DNA of 64,000 nucleotides from Octopus sinensis (Eukaryota). Positions 1 to 12,930 of the stretch are shown piece after piece (positions within the stretch are counted from its first letter, which is position 1; every line of letters begins with the position of its first letter). Location of the stretch: the NCBI RefSeq assembly GCF_006345805.1, contig NC_042997.1:26784001-26848000 (forward strand), written 5' to 3'. Below the pieces are notes generated by a model, which made no database searches, had not been told where the DNA came from, and saw only the letters and a list, made by a program, of their open reading frames with translations. Position numbers and translations under genes: made by a program.

Positions 1-119
1 CTATCATACAACACAATATTTAGAGAAGATAAAAAGATAGGCATTCATTATGTATTCTGACCTTAGAATATGACCAGAAAAAACAACTCAAAGGGCTTCC
101 ATTAATATAACCATCGTAA

Positions 120-432
<313 letters not shown>

Positions 433-1054
433 AATACGCACACACATATACATGCATACACACAAATATATACGCATGAATGTGCTGCGCTGCGCATGCA
501 CACATATACATATATAAATAAAGACCATTTTCGTGTTGTCACCATGAGAAAATAAGTAGTATCCTGCTATTTGATAGAAATGAAAAGATGCCAAATCTTT
601 CATAAGAAGACTGTCAAGTAAATTTACTTTTGAAAGAATCAAAACAAATGCAAAGGAATTGTGCGTGTGGTGAAAATTGAAAAATAATAATTCTTATTTT
701 TATTTTATTATTCTACACTTTCGTGAATAGAAGCCGCTTTTGAGTTCTTGAGACTTAAGAGCATCTCAACGGCAAGAAAATTATGAGTTAAGATTTCAGT
801 TCTTTTATCTTAATTATATGTCCGTGACTGACTAAATTTTCTTTTTTGAGATGGAAAACCCACAAGAAAGATGGAAGTAAAGTGAATTTCCGCTTGAATA
901 ACGTATATTAAGTTGTCACCCAAAGCGTATTTTTTTTTAATGTTTAAACAAATCACTCCGGTCGCCTTATGGAAAGGTAACTTTTTTCCTGAATATCCGC
1001 AGTTTAAATTCGGGTTTATCCGATATATTCGTGCGTCATTTATGTCATCAAACA

Positions 1055-2030
1055 TAATGGTGGGCTGAATAGTTCCTAGGCTGACTATGAAGGAGTGAGG
1101 CTAGAGCTGTGAAATCTTGCATGAATTTATTTTAGCACTTCTTATTAATAAATGCATTGTTTCTGTCGCGGTAAACTCAAATCTGACTGATCAAAGTAAA
1201 CTTTAAATAGTAGAGGCTTTTCTTCGAAATGGACAAAATTCGGAATTGTGGTTTTATTAAGAGCCTACAGAAAAAGCTTTAGCCCACATGGCATTCATAC
1301 TGACATGATTTATAAACTGGGGGATAGCGCTACAGCTTTATCAATAGTGCAAAAGCGGGCAGCTGGATTTAGGAAGGGAAGGTCTTGAAGATGACCAAAG
1401 ATGTGCAATTACCACCACCGAAGAAACTACTAATGGTGTTTACCACATAGTGGTGAGTGACTGGAGAGTGACTATAAAACAGATAGCCAATGCTATTAGT
1501 ATATTTCGTGAGAGAGCTGAAATATTCTGCACCATGAACTTGGAATGACAAAGGTTTCTGCTCGATGGATGTCACGTCTTCTGACACCTAATCCAGAGCG
1601 CACCAAGTGGATCACATCACGGGATCATCTGACACTTTGAGTTATATCTATCTCGTTTCTTAGAATGTTTGCTAAAGAGGATAGCTGAGGGCTTCACTTT
1701 GAGCCAGAAACAATTCATGCAGTGGTAATTCTTCTCTTTGCCTGCTTCAAAAAAGGCCAAGCACATTTCATTTGTAGAGAATATATTGGCCTCAGATTTT
1801 GGGATGCAAATCGGGATTAAATTCCCATGAAAACTGAGGAAAAGAGACTTGTTTCATTAGGAAAATGCTTTAACACACAAATACTTATTTTCAACGACAG
1901 ATGTGCGTGAGTTTTGGCTTTGAAAACTTCTCCTCATCTGACCCCATCTGGCTATCATCTGTTCCCTAGCATGAAAAAATATTTGGCTGGGAAATCTCTA
2001 TCGCAGTGATGATGAAGTCTTATCCGCTGT
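1055..2030 (+). mobile_element. Decayed mariner (Tc1/mariner) transposon: left TIR and transposase pseudogene
   Basis: ATG at 1229 (MDKI). Frameshifted peptides IHTDMIYKLGDSATALSIVQKRAAGF, RVTIKQIANAISI, ELGMTKVSARWMSRLLT (WVPRLL-like) and PSGYHLFPSMKKYLAG (YSPDLAPSDYHLF-like). TIR-like taatggtgggctgaatagttcctaggctgac at 1055. Confidence 0.85.
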
Positions 2031-2215
2031 TATTCTTTTATTTGTTTCAGACATTTGACTGCGGCCATGCTGGAGCACCACCATTAGTCGAATAAATCGC
2101 CCCCAGTACTTATTTTTTGTAAGCCTAGTACTTATTCTATCGGTCTTTTGTGCCGAATTGCTAATTGACGGGGTCGTAAACACACCAACATCGGTCAAAT
2201 AACAAACACACACGC
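2031..2215 (-). mobile_element. SINE family A (OK-like), 3' half
   Basis: Reverse complement of the ...ataagtactaggcttac...gctccagcatggccgcagtcaaatg...gaaacaa module that also occurs at 9850-10006 and 32030-32420. Confidence 0.85.
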
Positions 2216-2359
2216 ACACATATGCATACCATTCTGCCTAAATAATGGAACTGCAGATACAATATTCCTGCATATCTCACGTCTGTTTTCATTCCTCCAC
2301 TTCACACTCTATTTCATATCTACTCTAGAATAACTATTCCTTAACCATTTTCTCACACC

Positions 2360-2407
2360 GTCTCCTATGAAGGGGTATTTTATATATCCCGGAAACAGCT
2401 GTAAGAT
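2360..2407 (+). ncRNA. Degenerate minimal hammerhead-ribozyme-like motif (Penelope type)
   Basis: gtct-CCTATGA-a-gggg...tccc-g-GAAAC-AGCT-GTA-agat. Stem I gtct/agat, stem II ggg/ccc, stem III with palindromic AGCT loop. The core differs from CUGAUGA at two positions. Confidence 0.5.
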
Positions 2408-2621
2408 CTTCTCTTTATAAATGTTCTGAAATCTTTCACAGCCTTGGTTTATTATCTCATTCTGTTAATTTTTATATATACGATTGCTGATATATGACCT
2501 ACATTGGACTCCTCATTCGCATAATCACCGAACCTGGAGCTTAACTATAGTCTGTCCGTAGCATTTACTCAGCATTACGTGACACCTTTGGGTCTTCTTG
2601 ACACCATTACCTCTCATAACC

Positions 2622-2690
<69 letters not shown>

Positions 2691-2691
<1 letters not shown>

Positions 2692-2828
2692 GACGGGTTT
2701 CTTTCAGTTTCCCTCCACCAAATTCACTCACAAGGCTTTGGTCGGGCCGAAGCTATAATAGAAGACACTTGCCGAAGGTGTCACGCAGTGGGGCTGAATC
2801 CGGATCCATGAGGTTGGGAAGCAAATTC
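2691..2828 (-). mobile_element. SINE family A, tRNA-derived head
   Basis: Reverse complement of ...ggttcagtcccactgcgtg.cacc..ggcaagtgtcttct...gaaactgaaagaa.cccgtcg, directly after an (AT)n run. Confidence 0.85.
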
Positions 2829-2829
2829 C

Positions 2830-2928
2830 AACTGATGGAAGGAGACTTCATTGAAAAATAAACCTCATTTAGCCGCATTTCATGATAGTATCTTGGTCAG
2901 CCTATGAAATTTTCCGCCTCCCCTCATA
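2830..2928 (+). mobile_element. mariner 3' end and right TIR
   Basis: Encodes EGDFIEK* (typical mariner C-terminus xGDYVEK*). Ends in cttggtcagcctatgaaattttccgcctcccctcata, whose reverse complement resembles the TIR at 1055. Confidence 0.65.
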
Positions 2929-4610
2929 TGGTTAGTTCGAGTTAAAGACATAACTTCTGCAGTTTGCGCCAAGGGGCTGGATGTATGAGACAAAACTGTC
3001 TGAAATCATACTCTACACCGCTAAAGAAATGAAAGCGAGTGTTGGATATATTATATGTTATATATACTATATCTCAATCTGCGTGGATCCGAGGCTGAAC
3101 AACGATTACGAACCGGATTAGCTACAACAGTGAGCTAGTGGTGTAAGATAGTCGTTGGAGCAATGGGAGGAGATGAAGTGATGTGTTATCTGTTCGTGTG
3201 GTTGAGAAAAGCGACATCGCCGGTAACGCTGCAAAAAATCGATAGCCTCAGCGTTGTTAGTGACAAAAACTGCAACCACGATTGCAACATAGTACTAGTA
3301 TGAATACAGATTTCAGCAGCGACTGCAAGAGTAAGGATAATAAAAGCAGCGATCCAACTTGGTCGCCAGATCTGCTAGAAATATCAGCCAGAACACTCTG
3401 AATTCACAAGCTGTCGTCTTAAATGCAGAAAAGAATTATAGCCCAAAGCATGCGTAAATGCGGTTGGATGATCTTGATCATAGAACTACTCGATCAAATT
3501 TGAGCGTATAAACCAGAGTAAGTAAAATACTGATTATGTTTCTGCTAATGAAATCACTGTTCCTAAAACAGCTGTAGAAATAGCAGCGATAATATTTGAA
3601 AATACGAAACTCACAAAATAAACTTGAAGAAAGCAGGTGAAATATCCCACTGACATGATGAGACATTGTAAAGCCCTTTCTGTGAAATAGGAGTTGAGGG
3701 TGATCGGCCTAAAATTAGGTCAGGTTTTACATTGTCACGTAACCCTTTGTGGGCTTTAGTACAATTTATTCGGTTGCAAACATTTGGGTTACGACCCCCA
3801 AAAAGGTTAGCACATCCTCTTGAATAATTGCTTCTAAGCGTGATTTTATTTCTCCTGTCTCTGTGAAAAGGACAGTTTACTGCCAATGTCCTACCACCAT
3901 AAAGTATATAAGATCTTAGATACTTAAGTATCGCCTGGGAATTTGACTGATGAACTCGTTTCTTCTCAGTGTCTAGTTCATGATTAGTTGTCTTAATAAG
4001 TACATCATTTCTAGAGGTTCATACACGTCTACTGTACTGTTGCTGGACTGCTTGAAAGTATGGAAGTAGTGTTTAGCAGCAATGTATGACTCACGGTTCT
4101 CTCTTCCCCAACCCACACAATGAAACATAAACAACATAATATACCTTATAAGTATATTAAAATAACAGTACATCCCAACTGAAGAATTTTACCGTCCATT
4201 ACGTAAATTTCGCAAATTTTAATCCAGCTTTCAAATCACGTACTACCTCTTAATAACTCACATCAACACATCCTATTCCCTGCCGATACACAAATCCCTC
4301 ATTTGTTATATTTCACCCTCGGCATTTGGCCAACTACGCTTTAGTTTCCTTTGAAATGTAGCTTTTGCATCTGCACAGAATTTGCCCTTCCTACCACTAG
4401 TCTCTCTCCAAAAAGAATTTTAACAATTAGAATTTACCCTGGTTCAGAGTTTGTCTACAGAACCGCTCAATCTTCATCATATGCTGCGAGTATGTTCACA
4501 CGAACGCTTTGCAGAACAGCTATTTAGCTGTCCCTTGCAAGGGATGTGAGTTCGATTCCTATGGCTGTTTTATGACAAATTTTCTTGTTTTGTAAAACGG
4601 ATTAATTTAT

Positions 4611-4690
4611 CAGCGGGTCGTTTAGCTTAATGATAAAGCACTTGGCCAGAGACTTCAAGGGATAAGGAGTCGAGTCCCAAACTGTTGACA
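4611..4690 (+). pseudogene. tRNA-like relic, with a more decayed copy at about 4513-4570
   Basis: A-box-like tttagcttaatgataaagc and B-box-like ggagtcgagtccc, spaced as in a tRNA; no intact cloverleaf. Confidence 0.35.
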
Positions 4691-5002
4691 ATTTTTTCCG
4701 CTTTGTAAGGGTAATTTACCTAATATTTCTTCTGTTCTAATGGCGTTTCTGCGTTCGAAAATAAATTATCATCATATTTCTATTTTACAACACATATTTA
4801 GACGCTTGAAAAATACGTTATTTTGATTATATTTATATAATCGTTAACAATTTTGCATCTCGTATAACAGCAGTTTCCCCACTTGTTATTACATCGATGA
4901 TATTCGGGTTGCCTATTCAGTACGTAGAATAATCATATCAGGCAACAGAAGCAGCACCAAGCCTTTACTAGACTTAGCTGGTCAGACCTCGAGCTCTATA
5001 CC

Positions 5003-5224
5003 TATTTATTTATTACCCACAAGGGGCTAAACACAGAGGGGACAAACAAGGACAGACATAGGTATTAAGTCGATTACATCGACCCCAGTGCGTAACTGGT
5101 ACTTAATTTATCGACCCCGAAAGGATGAAAGACAAAGTCGACCTCGGCGGAATTTGAACTCACAACGTAACGGCAGACGAAATACCGCTAAGCATTTCGC
5201 CTGGCGTGCTAACGTTTCTGCCGG
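5003..5224 (-). mobile_element. SINE family C with 15-bp target-site duplication
   Basis: Contains atcgaccccgaaaggatgaaag.caaagtcgacctcggcggaatttgaactc. Flanked by ctcgagctctatacc at 4988-5002 and 5225-5239. Confidence 0.9.
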
Positions 5225-5311
5225 CTCGAGCTCTATACCGATTACTGCTGGCAAGAATTTTGTGATAATCTTGATATCTATAAAGAATTGCATGCAGGTG
5301 ATGAAAGCCAA

Positions 5312-5331
5312 ATATAATAATAATAATAATG

Positions 5332-5397
<66 letters not shown>

Positions 5398-5839
5398 TTT
5401 GACCTTAATCAGTTGAGCATGTCCCTTACTGGCTGATGATATGTGCATCTCTGATCACGAGCAGAAGTAGTGGGGGAGCATCATAGCCATGTGTTGAGAG
5501 GGGTTTTTTGGGGTTTGAATAATATTCACCTCTGGAGACATGGGTGGTTTTTTCAACATCCTTAAACAACCCTTATTCAGGGACCGTTTGAGCGGGATGG
5601 GCTACTCAACTGAAGAAAATTCTAACTGGGCCCCACCTGCAAGGTCATGCACTGTTTATCTTGATATGAGATCACCATGTCGCGCACATATGGTTGTGAT
5701 GCATGTGCCTGGTGTACCCTATCAGACGGGAAGTCATGATGGGTATATTGGGCTTCGTATATTTTACCCCGGTGTCACTTTGATGGCATGAAATGCTCTC
5801 TCACTCAATAATAATAATAATAATAATATAATAATAATA

Positions 5840-5873
<34 letters not shown>

Positions 5874-6284
5874 TTTGACCTTAATCAGTTGAGCATGTCC
5901 CTTAGTGGCTGATGATATGTGCATCTCTGATCACGAGCAGAAGTAGTGGGGGAGCATCATAGCCATGTGTTGAGAGGGGTTTTTTGGGGTTTGAATAATA
6001 TTCACCTCTGGAGACATGGGTGGTTTTTTCAACATCCTTAAACAACCCTTATTCAGGGACCGTTTGAGCGGGATGGGCTACTCAACCTGAAGAAAATTCT
6101 AACTGGGCCCCACCTGCAAGGTCATACACTGTTTATCTTGATATGAGATCACCATGTCGCGCACATATGGTTGTGATGCATGTGCCTGGTGTACCCTTAT
6201 CAGACGGGAAGTCATGATGGGTATATTGGGCTTCGTATATTTTACCCCGGTGTCACTTTGATGGCATGAACTGCTCTCTCACTC

Positions 6285-6318
<34 letters not shown>

Positions 6319-6886
6319 TGCAGTACCAGATAATGGCTCTTATGGCTTCTGATCTTAACTGATTGGAAGTGTTATCATGTAAATTATTTTGTCTTGGTAT
6401 AAAAGATGGGCTACAGCAAATATTCTGCTCAATGCCACAGATTTGCTTGTCAGTTGTTTGACCTTAACCAGTTGAGCATGTCCATTAGTGGCTGACGATA
6501 AGTGCATCTCTGATCACGAGCAGAAGTAGTGGGGGAGCATCATAGCCATGTGTTGAGAGGGATTCTTTGGGATTTGGATAATTCACCTCTGGAAACATGG
6601 GTGTTTCGTTCAACATCCTTAAACAATCCTTACTCAGGGACCTTTTGATCGGGATGGGCTACTCGACCAGAAGAAAATTCTAACAGGGCCCCACCTGCAA
6701 GATCATGTGCTGTTTATCCTGATATGAGATCACTATGTCGCGCACATATGGTTGTGATGCATGTGCCTAGTGTACCCTTATCGGACGGGTAGTCATGATG
6801 GGTATACTAGGCTTCGTATATTTGACCCCAGTGTCACTTTGATGGCATGCTCTGCTCTCTCACTCAATAATAATAATAATAATAAC

Positions 6887-6954
<68 letters not shown>

Positions 6955-6966
6955 TAACAAAATAAT
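5312..6966 (+). mobile_element. Three head-to-tail copies of a non-coding (AAT)n-tailed retroposon (about 5396-5870, 5872-6317, 6318-6966)
   Basis: Each copy ends ...ctctctcactcaataataataa. Copies 1 and 2 start at the same internal point (gtttgaccttaatcag). Copy 3 is longer at its 5' end. Confidence 0.85.
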
Positions 6967-7699
6967 AATTAGGCCAGACATATGTGTAGTAGAAACTCTG
7001 TACTCTTAGTAGACAGTCTTACTAGAGATGGTATCTCAATAAATATAACGGTTGGTGGCTATCCTTAAAACAGATACCTCAATGTTGAGTGAAAATGTCT
7101 AATACAAATGGTATTAATAAGCCTGGTACTAAAGGCGAAAGGTTTTTGCCCGGCATGTACTCTGTGTTTGAGCAGCGTAGGCTTGGTTGTCATCCAGAGA
7201 CTGCTTGTAAAGAAAGCCAAAGGCAGAGAAGAAGGTGGGGTAAAGAGGCAAACTGAACGGTAATTGAATGTTGGATCCAGTGAACCCAGCAGAAGGGGAA
7301 TCCAACAAAGAAGGATAATAGAGTGCTCAGTAGGATTGTTAAAAAGGGTTTGCCTCCTTGGCACGCCGTGAATAATCAGGAAAGTATTAGATAGCAGAAA
7401 AGAGCGGATAGCATGGTACCGTAGTCTCTTGGCAGCAAGCCTGTTACTCGTGTAAGGCTTCAGGGACTCCAACAGAACATGTGATAAAGAAAAAATAGAT
7501 AGAAAAATGATAATAAGGCGCGATGACAGGATCATCGACACGAGTTGGCTGAATCGTGTAAAATCCTTAGCAGCATTTCATCTGTCTTAATGATCTGAGT
7601 TCAAATTCTGCCGAGGGTGACTTTAGATTTCATCTTTTGGTGACTATAAGATTCGAATGAGCACTGTGGTCGATGTACACGACTGACTTCACCTCTTAT

Positions 7700-8113
7700 T
7701 TCTTTATTGCTCACAAGGGGCTAAACACAGAGGGGACAAACAAGGATAGACAAAAGGATTAAGTTGATTACATCGACCGCAGTGCGTAACTGGTACTTGA
7801 TTTATCGACCCCGACAGGATGAAAGGCAAAGTCAACCTCGGCGGAAATTGAACTCAGAACGTATCGGCAGACGAAATACCTATTTCTTTACTACCCACAA
7901 GGGGCTAAACACAGAGAGGACAAACAAGGACAGGCAAACGGATTAAGTCGATTATATCGATCCCAGTGCGTAACTGGTACTTAATTTATCGACCCCGTAA
8001 GGATGAAAGGTAAAGTCGACCTCGGCCGAATTTGAATTCAGAACGTAACGGCAGACGAAATACGGCTACGCATTTCGCCCGGCGTGCTTAACGTTTCTGC
8101 CGGCTCGCCGCCT
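7700..8113 (-). mobile_element. Tandem dimer of SINE family C
   Basis: Two adjacent copies of cacaaggggctaaacacagag...atcgaccccg...gaactcagaacgta. The second ends with the head cgtttctgccggctcgccgcc. Confidence 0.9.
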
Positions 8114-9611
8114 TGCTGATTTCACCTATGTCCTGAACTTGCTGGTGGTGGTGTTGGTGGTGGTGGTGGTGGTGATGGTAGTGGCGGTGATGGTGATGAT
8201 GATTATATCTTTATGACTTTATCATCATCATCATTATTACCATCTCCTTTGTGTTAATTGATCGTTGAATCGAATGATAAATTAGTTAATATTTACTATT
8301 AATATTATTTAACCAACATGATTAAAAACAAGTCATCGTTGTCATAATCATGATCATGACCACGATCATCATTATCACCATCATTGTCATCATCATGCTT
8401 TTTAAAGAGTGAGCAATATTTTATTGAAAGTTTTATTATTGTAAACAACATGTGTGTGTATTTGAGTTTGTGTATTTCAGCATATTTATGTGTGCGTTTG
8501 TATTTACTGTGTTTGTTTGTTTGTTTAAATGCATGTGAGGAAGAGAGGCCATCAGCGAGTCTGTGAACTGCATATAATGAAGAAACATATACTATTTTTT
8601 TTATTACTTTCTGTTCTTCCTTCGCTTTCATCAAAACTGGAGGTACGCCAAAAACTGCTGACTAAGAAGAATTAGTGCAGAGTCATAGAGTAATACAGCT
8701 TTACCTGTAATCACTTATTCTAGGAATGGAATAGTTTAACAATTTGTTTTATGTCTGAGAAATATCCAAAAGAGTTCAAAAGATTATCAGCTTTCATGAA
8801 GAGAAAACAATGCTGTCTACATCACACATATATATGTGTGTGTGTGAGTTCCTATGTGTATGTGTTTCTATGTGTGTGAGTGTATGTATAGTGCATATAA
8901 TTAATACATAGATATAAATATACACACAAATGTGTGTGTGTGTGTGTGTGTTTGTGTTATGTATCCTGGAATTCACAACAAAAGATATATTCCGTTTCTT
9001 TGTCTCTTTTGTGATGTTATCTCGTTAATAGTACTTCCTCGTTATTTTAAATCAATGCATCTCATTATTATGGAGTATACGTCTGCTTTCTATATGTCTA
9101 TATGAGTATGTAAAGACGTGATCGAATAGATGTTGTATACCTGTATGTCTGTGATTTATGAGCTAATGAATAAATGTTCATGCATAGATTATTGCAATAA
9201 AGAAGATTCGCAAATAAAATATAATTGGCTTGAAAGAAGAGTAACAAGATTCAAGTAAATACTATTCAGAGCTTTTTAAATATTAACTCTGTTTAGTGTT
9301 TAGTTAAATACAAATATTAGACTTAGAGCGAAAGCAGTTGGAACAAATATACTAGCGTTACCTTGGCTTATGACATTATGGTACATATCCACACAATATG
9401 GTTTAAAGAATTCTGCTTATCTCACTTTATTTTCTGTGTTTAAATCTAGATGTCTAGCTGACTATTTTCTTCGACCTAGTCACATCAATTAATCCAGTCA
9501 TGTTCAATTATCAGTTCAATACTCATAATTCTTTGTTTCTATCTAACAGTAAAAGTCATCTGACGTCGACCACATACATATGCAATGTTTACGAAATTTT
9601 GACTCCATTAT

Positions 9612-10006
9612 AGGCGCAGGAGTGACTGTGCGTTGTGAAGCTTGCTTCTCAACCACATGGTTCCGAGTTCAGTCCCACTGCGTGACACCATGGACATGTG
9701 TCTTCTACTGTAGCTTCGGGCCGGCCAAATCCTTGTGAGTGGATTTGTTAGACGGAAACGGAAAGAAGCACGTCCTATCTATACATTTATATCTGTGTGT
9801 GTGTGTGTGTTTGTATATCTGTTTCTCTCATACCATAGCTTGGCACCGGTGTTGGCGTGTTTACGTTCCCGTAACTTAGCGGTTTGGCAAAAGAAACCAA
9901 TATAATAAGTACTAAGCTTACAAAGAATATCCTGGCGTCGATTTGTTCGACTAAAGGCGGTGCTCCAGCATGGTCGCAGTCAAATTACTGAAACAAGTAA
10001 AAGAGT
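9612..10006 (+). mobile_element. Full-length SINE family A (tRNA head, internal microsatellite, 3' module)
   Basis: Head ggcgcaggagtgactgtg with B box gagttcagtccc, internal (GT)n, 3' end gactaaaggcggtgctccagcatgg...gaaacaagtaaaagag. Confidence 0.9.
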
Positions 10007-10274
10007 ATTTTATCTTGATCTTGCTTTCATTCGATCGTTCTCGTAAGATACGGAATATGGTGTGAACATTGAGTTTAGGGGATATATTTCAGTGTCACCT
10101 AAATAGCACAGAAGTGTATGTATGTATGTATGTATGCATGTATATATGTTTGTTTGTTTGTTTGTTTATATGTGTCTATTTCTATATGTATGTATTTGTA
10201 TCTACCTACATCCACAGAATTTTGAATAATGTAGAGCACAGTGAAACTAGTGGGTGGGTGTGGCTGTGTATATT

Positions 10275-10560
10275 TAATAATATATGTTATAACTTGCTAG
10301 GGTTGTGAACATAACTATATAGAACAGGCGAGTTTGACACTGAGACCGAGAACCACACAACATAAAGAACAGATCAGGTTCCCGCGATATAGACAGATTC
10401 CTTTGAGTGAACACATACAGAGCTGTGCAGGTAATATCGAGCCAAACTTCACAGTTTTTCCATCTACCAGTGCAAAGAAACGATTTCTATACAAGAACGT
10501 TTAAATAAAGAAAATTTGTTCATCGGAAAACACAAAACACGTCTAAATATGAAAGCATTA
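10275..10560 (+). mobile_element. Penelope-like element GIY-YIG endonuclease fragment (pseudogene)
   Basis: Translates IIYVITC*GCEHNYIEQASLTLRPRTTQHKEQIRFPRYRQIPLSEHIQSCAGNIEPNFTVF..YQCKETISIQERLNKENLFIGKHKTRLN. This matches the PLE pattern IYxIxC..C...YIGQT...LR.R...H...E...I......LN. Confidence 0.75.
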
Positions 10561-10955
10561 CGAACTTTGACCGCAGTACATATTTTAATTTATGATCACA
10601 TACCCATCACGGTGCATATTTCTTCTCACTACTTTAGCATTTGAAGTTTTGTGAATATATATCCCCTAACAATTACCAATTGTCTCGCCTTAGATTTTTG
10701 TACTTCTTGAATAATTTATTCATAAACTTCCAACACACAACATTTTCTCAAGAAAATACGAAATTCCAATAATTTCAATGACATGATTAGCAAAAGCGGA
10801 ACCGGTCGACAAACACAATATAAAGAATATTCTAAAATATATTAAAACTATGTAAAGTGTATGCATTTTCCTTCTTTTTCCATCTTTTATATATTAAAAA
10901 ATTTGATTTTTACATATCATTTTCAACTAATACACACACACACGCACACACACAC

Positions 10956-11099
<144 letters not shown>

Positions 11100-12114
11100 T
11101 ATATATATATAATATATATATATACATATATATACACGTAGATTTCACTATCTTTTCCTTATACAAAATTTCACTACCTCGATATTGATAACTTGAGACA
11201 ATTTCGCACTTTCAGTAATTGCTGGTCAATAAGAACAAACCCAAATGCAGACTTTTAGCCCGAAGTTATGAATTTTCTATTATTTCTCTTTGCATTTATT
11301 GTCCTGTTGTCAATGTTAAAAGAACTTAATATGCTACTATGAATAACGTTTGCTCTGAAGCGAATACTAAATCGTATATGCCTTTAGAATTGTGCAACAG
11401 TTTTCTCCCGTCGTTGAGTGGGCTTCAAAGCAAACATGCTTTTGTCCTACTCACCTATTACACTCCCAATATAACTGAACCTTCCCAAACTTTATTATGC
11501 TGTCAATTAAAATTACCGTGCTTAATTGTTAAATATTGTGTTGTAATATAAAAGCAATATGGCCCATAGTTGATTAAGAAATCTTTGATGATATGTTTTC
11601 GTTAAATTTCTTCAATTAACCTTCTTAATTCGAAGCCTTCGCCTGTCTAATTATATTCTCCCATTTCGACAATTAACAGCTACTCATTTCACCAGACCCT
11701 GTTATTTTCATTTTCAGTAATTTTATGAGGTTACTGAAAATATTTAAATGCAAATTATGTTTGTCATTTTAATCGCCAGTTTGAAACAGAAATATGTAAC
11801 ACCGAGTGATTGCCTTTTCTTCAGAAACAAAACACTATGTTATTCACTGCCACGTTCTTTGCCATTAGTCAATAATTTCACTTGATTAGATGGTACCTAT
11901 CACCACTTCTTGGATTTTAACGTTTATTCACCAAACATGTCTCTATGCATCTTTTTCAATAACAATAACATTTGTCAATCATGTCCTTGTATGTGGAACC
12001 TTCATATATCACAATATGAATCACTATTACTATACTTTGCACTTGACTGTAATATTAGTCGTCAGAAATATGGCATACACAAGTTTGTCAAATATTTCCA
12101 AAGACACATGCGTG

Positions 12115-12930
12115 TCAGTGTGATATGAAGTTTGCTTTCTAACCACATGGCCCCGGGTTCATTCCCACTACGTGCCACCCTGGTCAAGGGTCTTCTACTA
12201 TAGCCACAGGCCAACCAAAGTGTTGTGAGTGGATTTGGTAGATGGAAACAGAAAAAAGCCCCTCGTATATATATACATATATATATATAACAATTAATAC
12301 GAGGAATGACTACTAAAGTGGATTCCTATACTCAGGAGATAGACGCCATATCGCCTTACCATAGAAAAACAGCAAACGCCAAAATGCCCAAAGTTTACAA
12401 AATAAAACAGTTACCTACGTATAATGATTTCATTATTAATACATGCAATATATATATATATTATATATATATATATTATATATATATATATATATTATAT
12501 TAAATTAGAGATAAAACCACTATTAGGCAAATCATACAATGAAAAACTTGTATGATTTGCCTAATAGTGGTTTTATCTCTAATTTAATATAATATAATAT
12601 TTTACTATAAAATTGGATTCAATCCTAAATCTGATTTTTCCCTGTAAGTTTGGATTTATTCCCTAATATTTTATACACATACATACATACATCTGTGCGA
12701 GTGTGTTACTACGTCCCTTCCTGTTTTCCTTTACCGTTTGTCAAGCGGTGTTGGCGTGCATACCTCCCGTAACTTAGCGCTTCAGCAAAATTTACCGATA
12801 GAATAAGTACCAGGCTTTAAAAGAAAAGCTACAGGGGGTCGATTCGTTCGTCTACAATCCTTTAAGGCGGTTCCCCAGCACGGTCGCTGTCTAATGACTG
12901 AAACAAATAAAAGATAAAGATAAAAGATAT
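12115..12930 (+). mobile_element. SINE family A split by insertions in its internal microsatellite
   Basis: Head at about 12115-12270 and 3' module at about 12690-12930, with AT runs and a hairpin element between them. Confidence 0.75.
12499..12588. repeat. Perfect hairpin, arms of at least 41 bp, 8-nt loop
   Basis: attaaattagagataaaaccactattaggcaaatcatacaa-tgaaaaac-exact reverse complement. Confidence 0.95.

Noticed and set aside
5540-7009. ORFs inside the (AAT)n-tailed repeats
   Set aside because: Frames are not preserved between the three copies and contain no domain motif.
7065-7541. 158-aa minus-strand ORF
   Set aside because: No recognisable motif or splice context; possibly decayed TE sequence, but not assignable.
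8705-8719. 15-nt minus-strand microexon candidate (cctag|AATAAGTGATTACAG|gtaaag)
   Set aside because: Too short to distinguish from chance.
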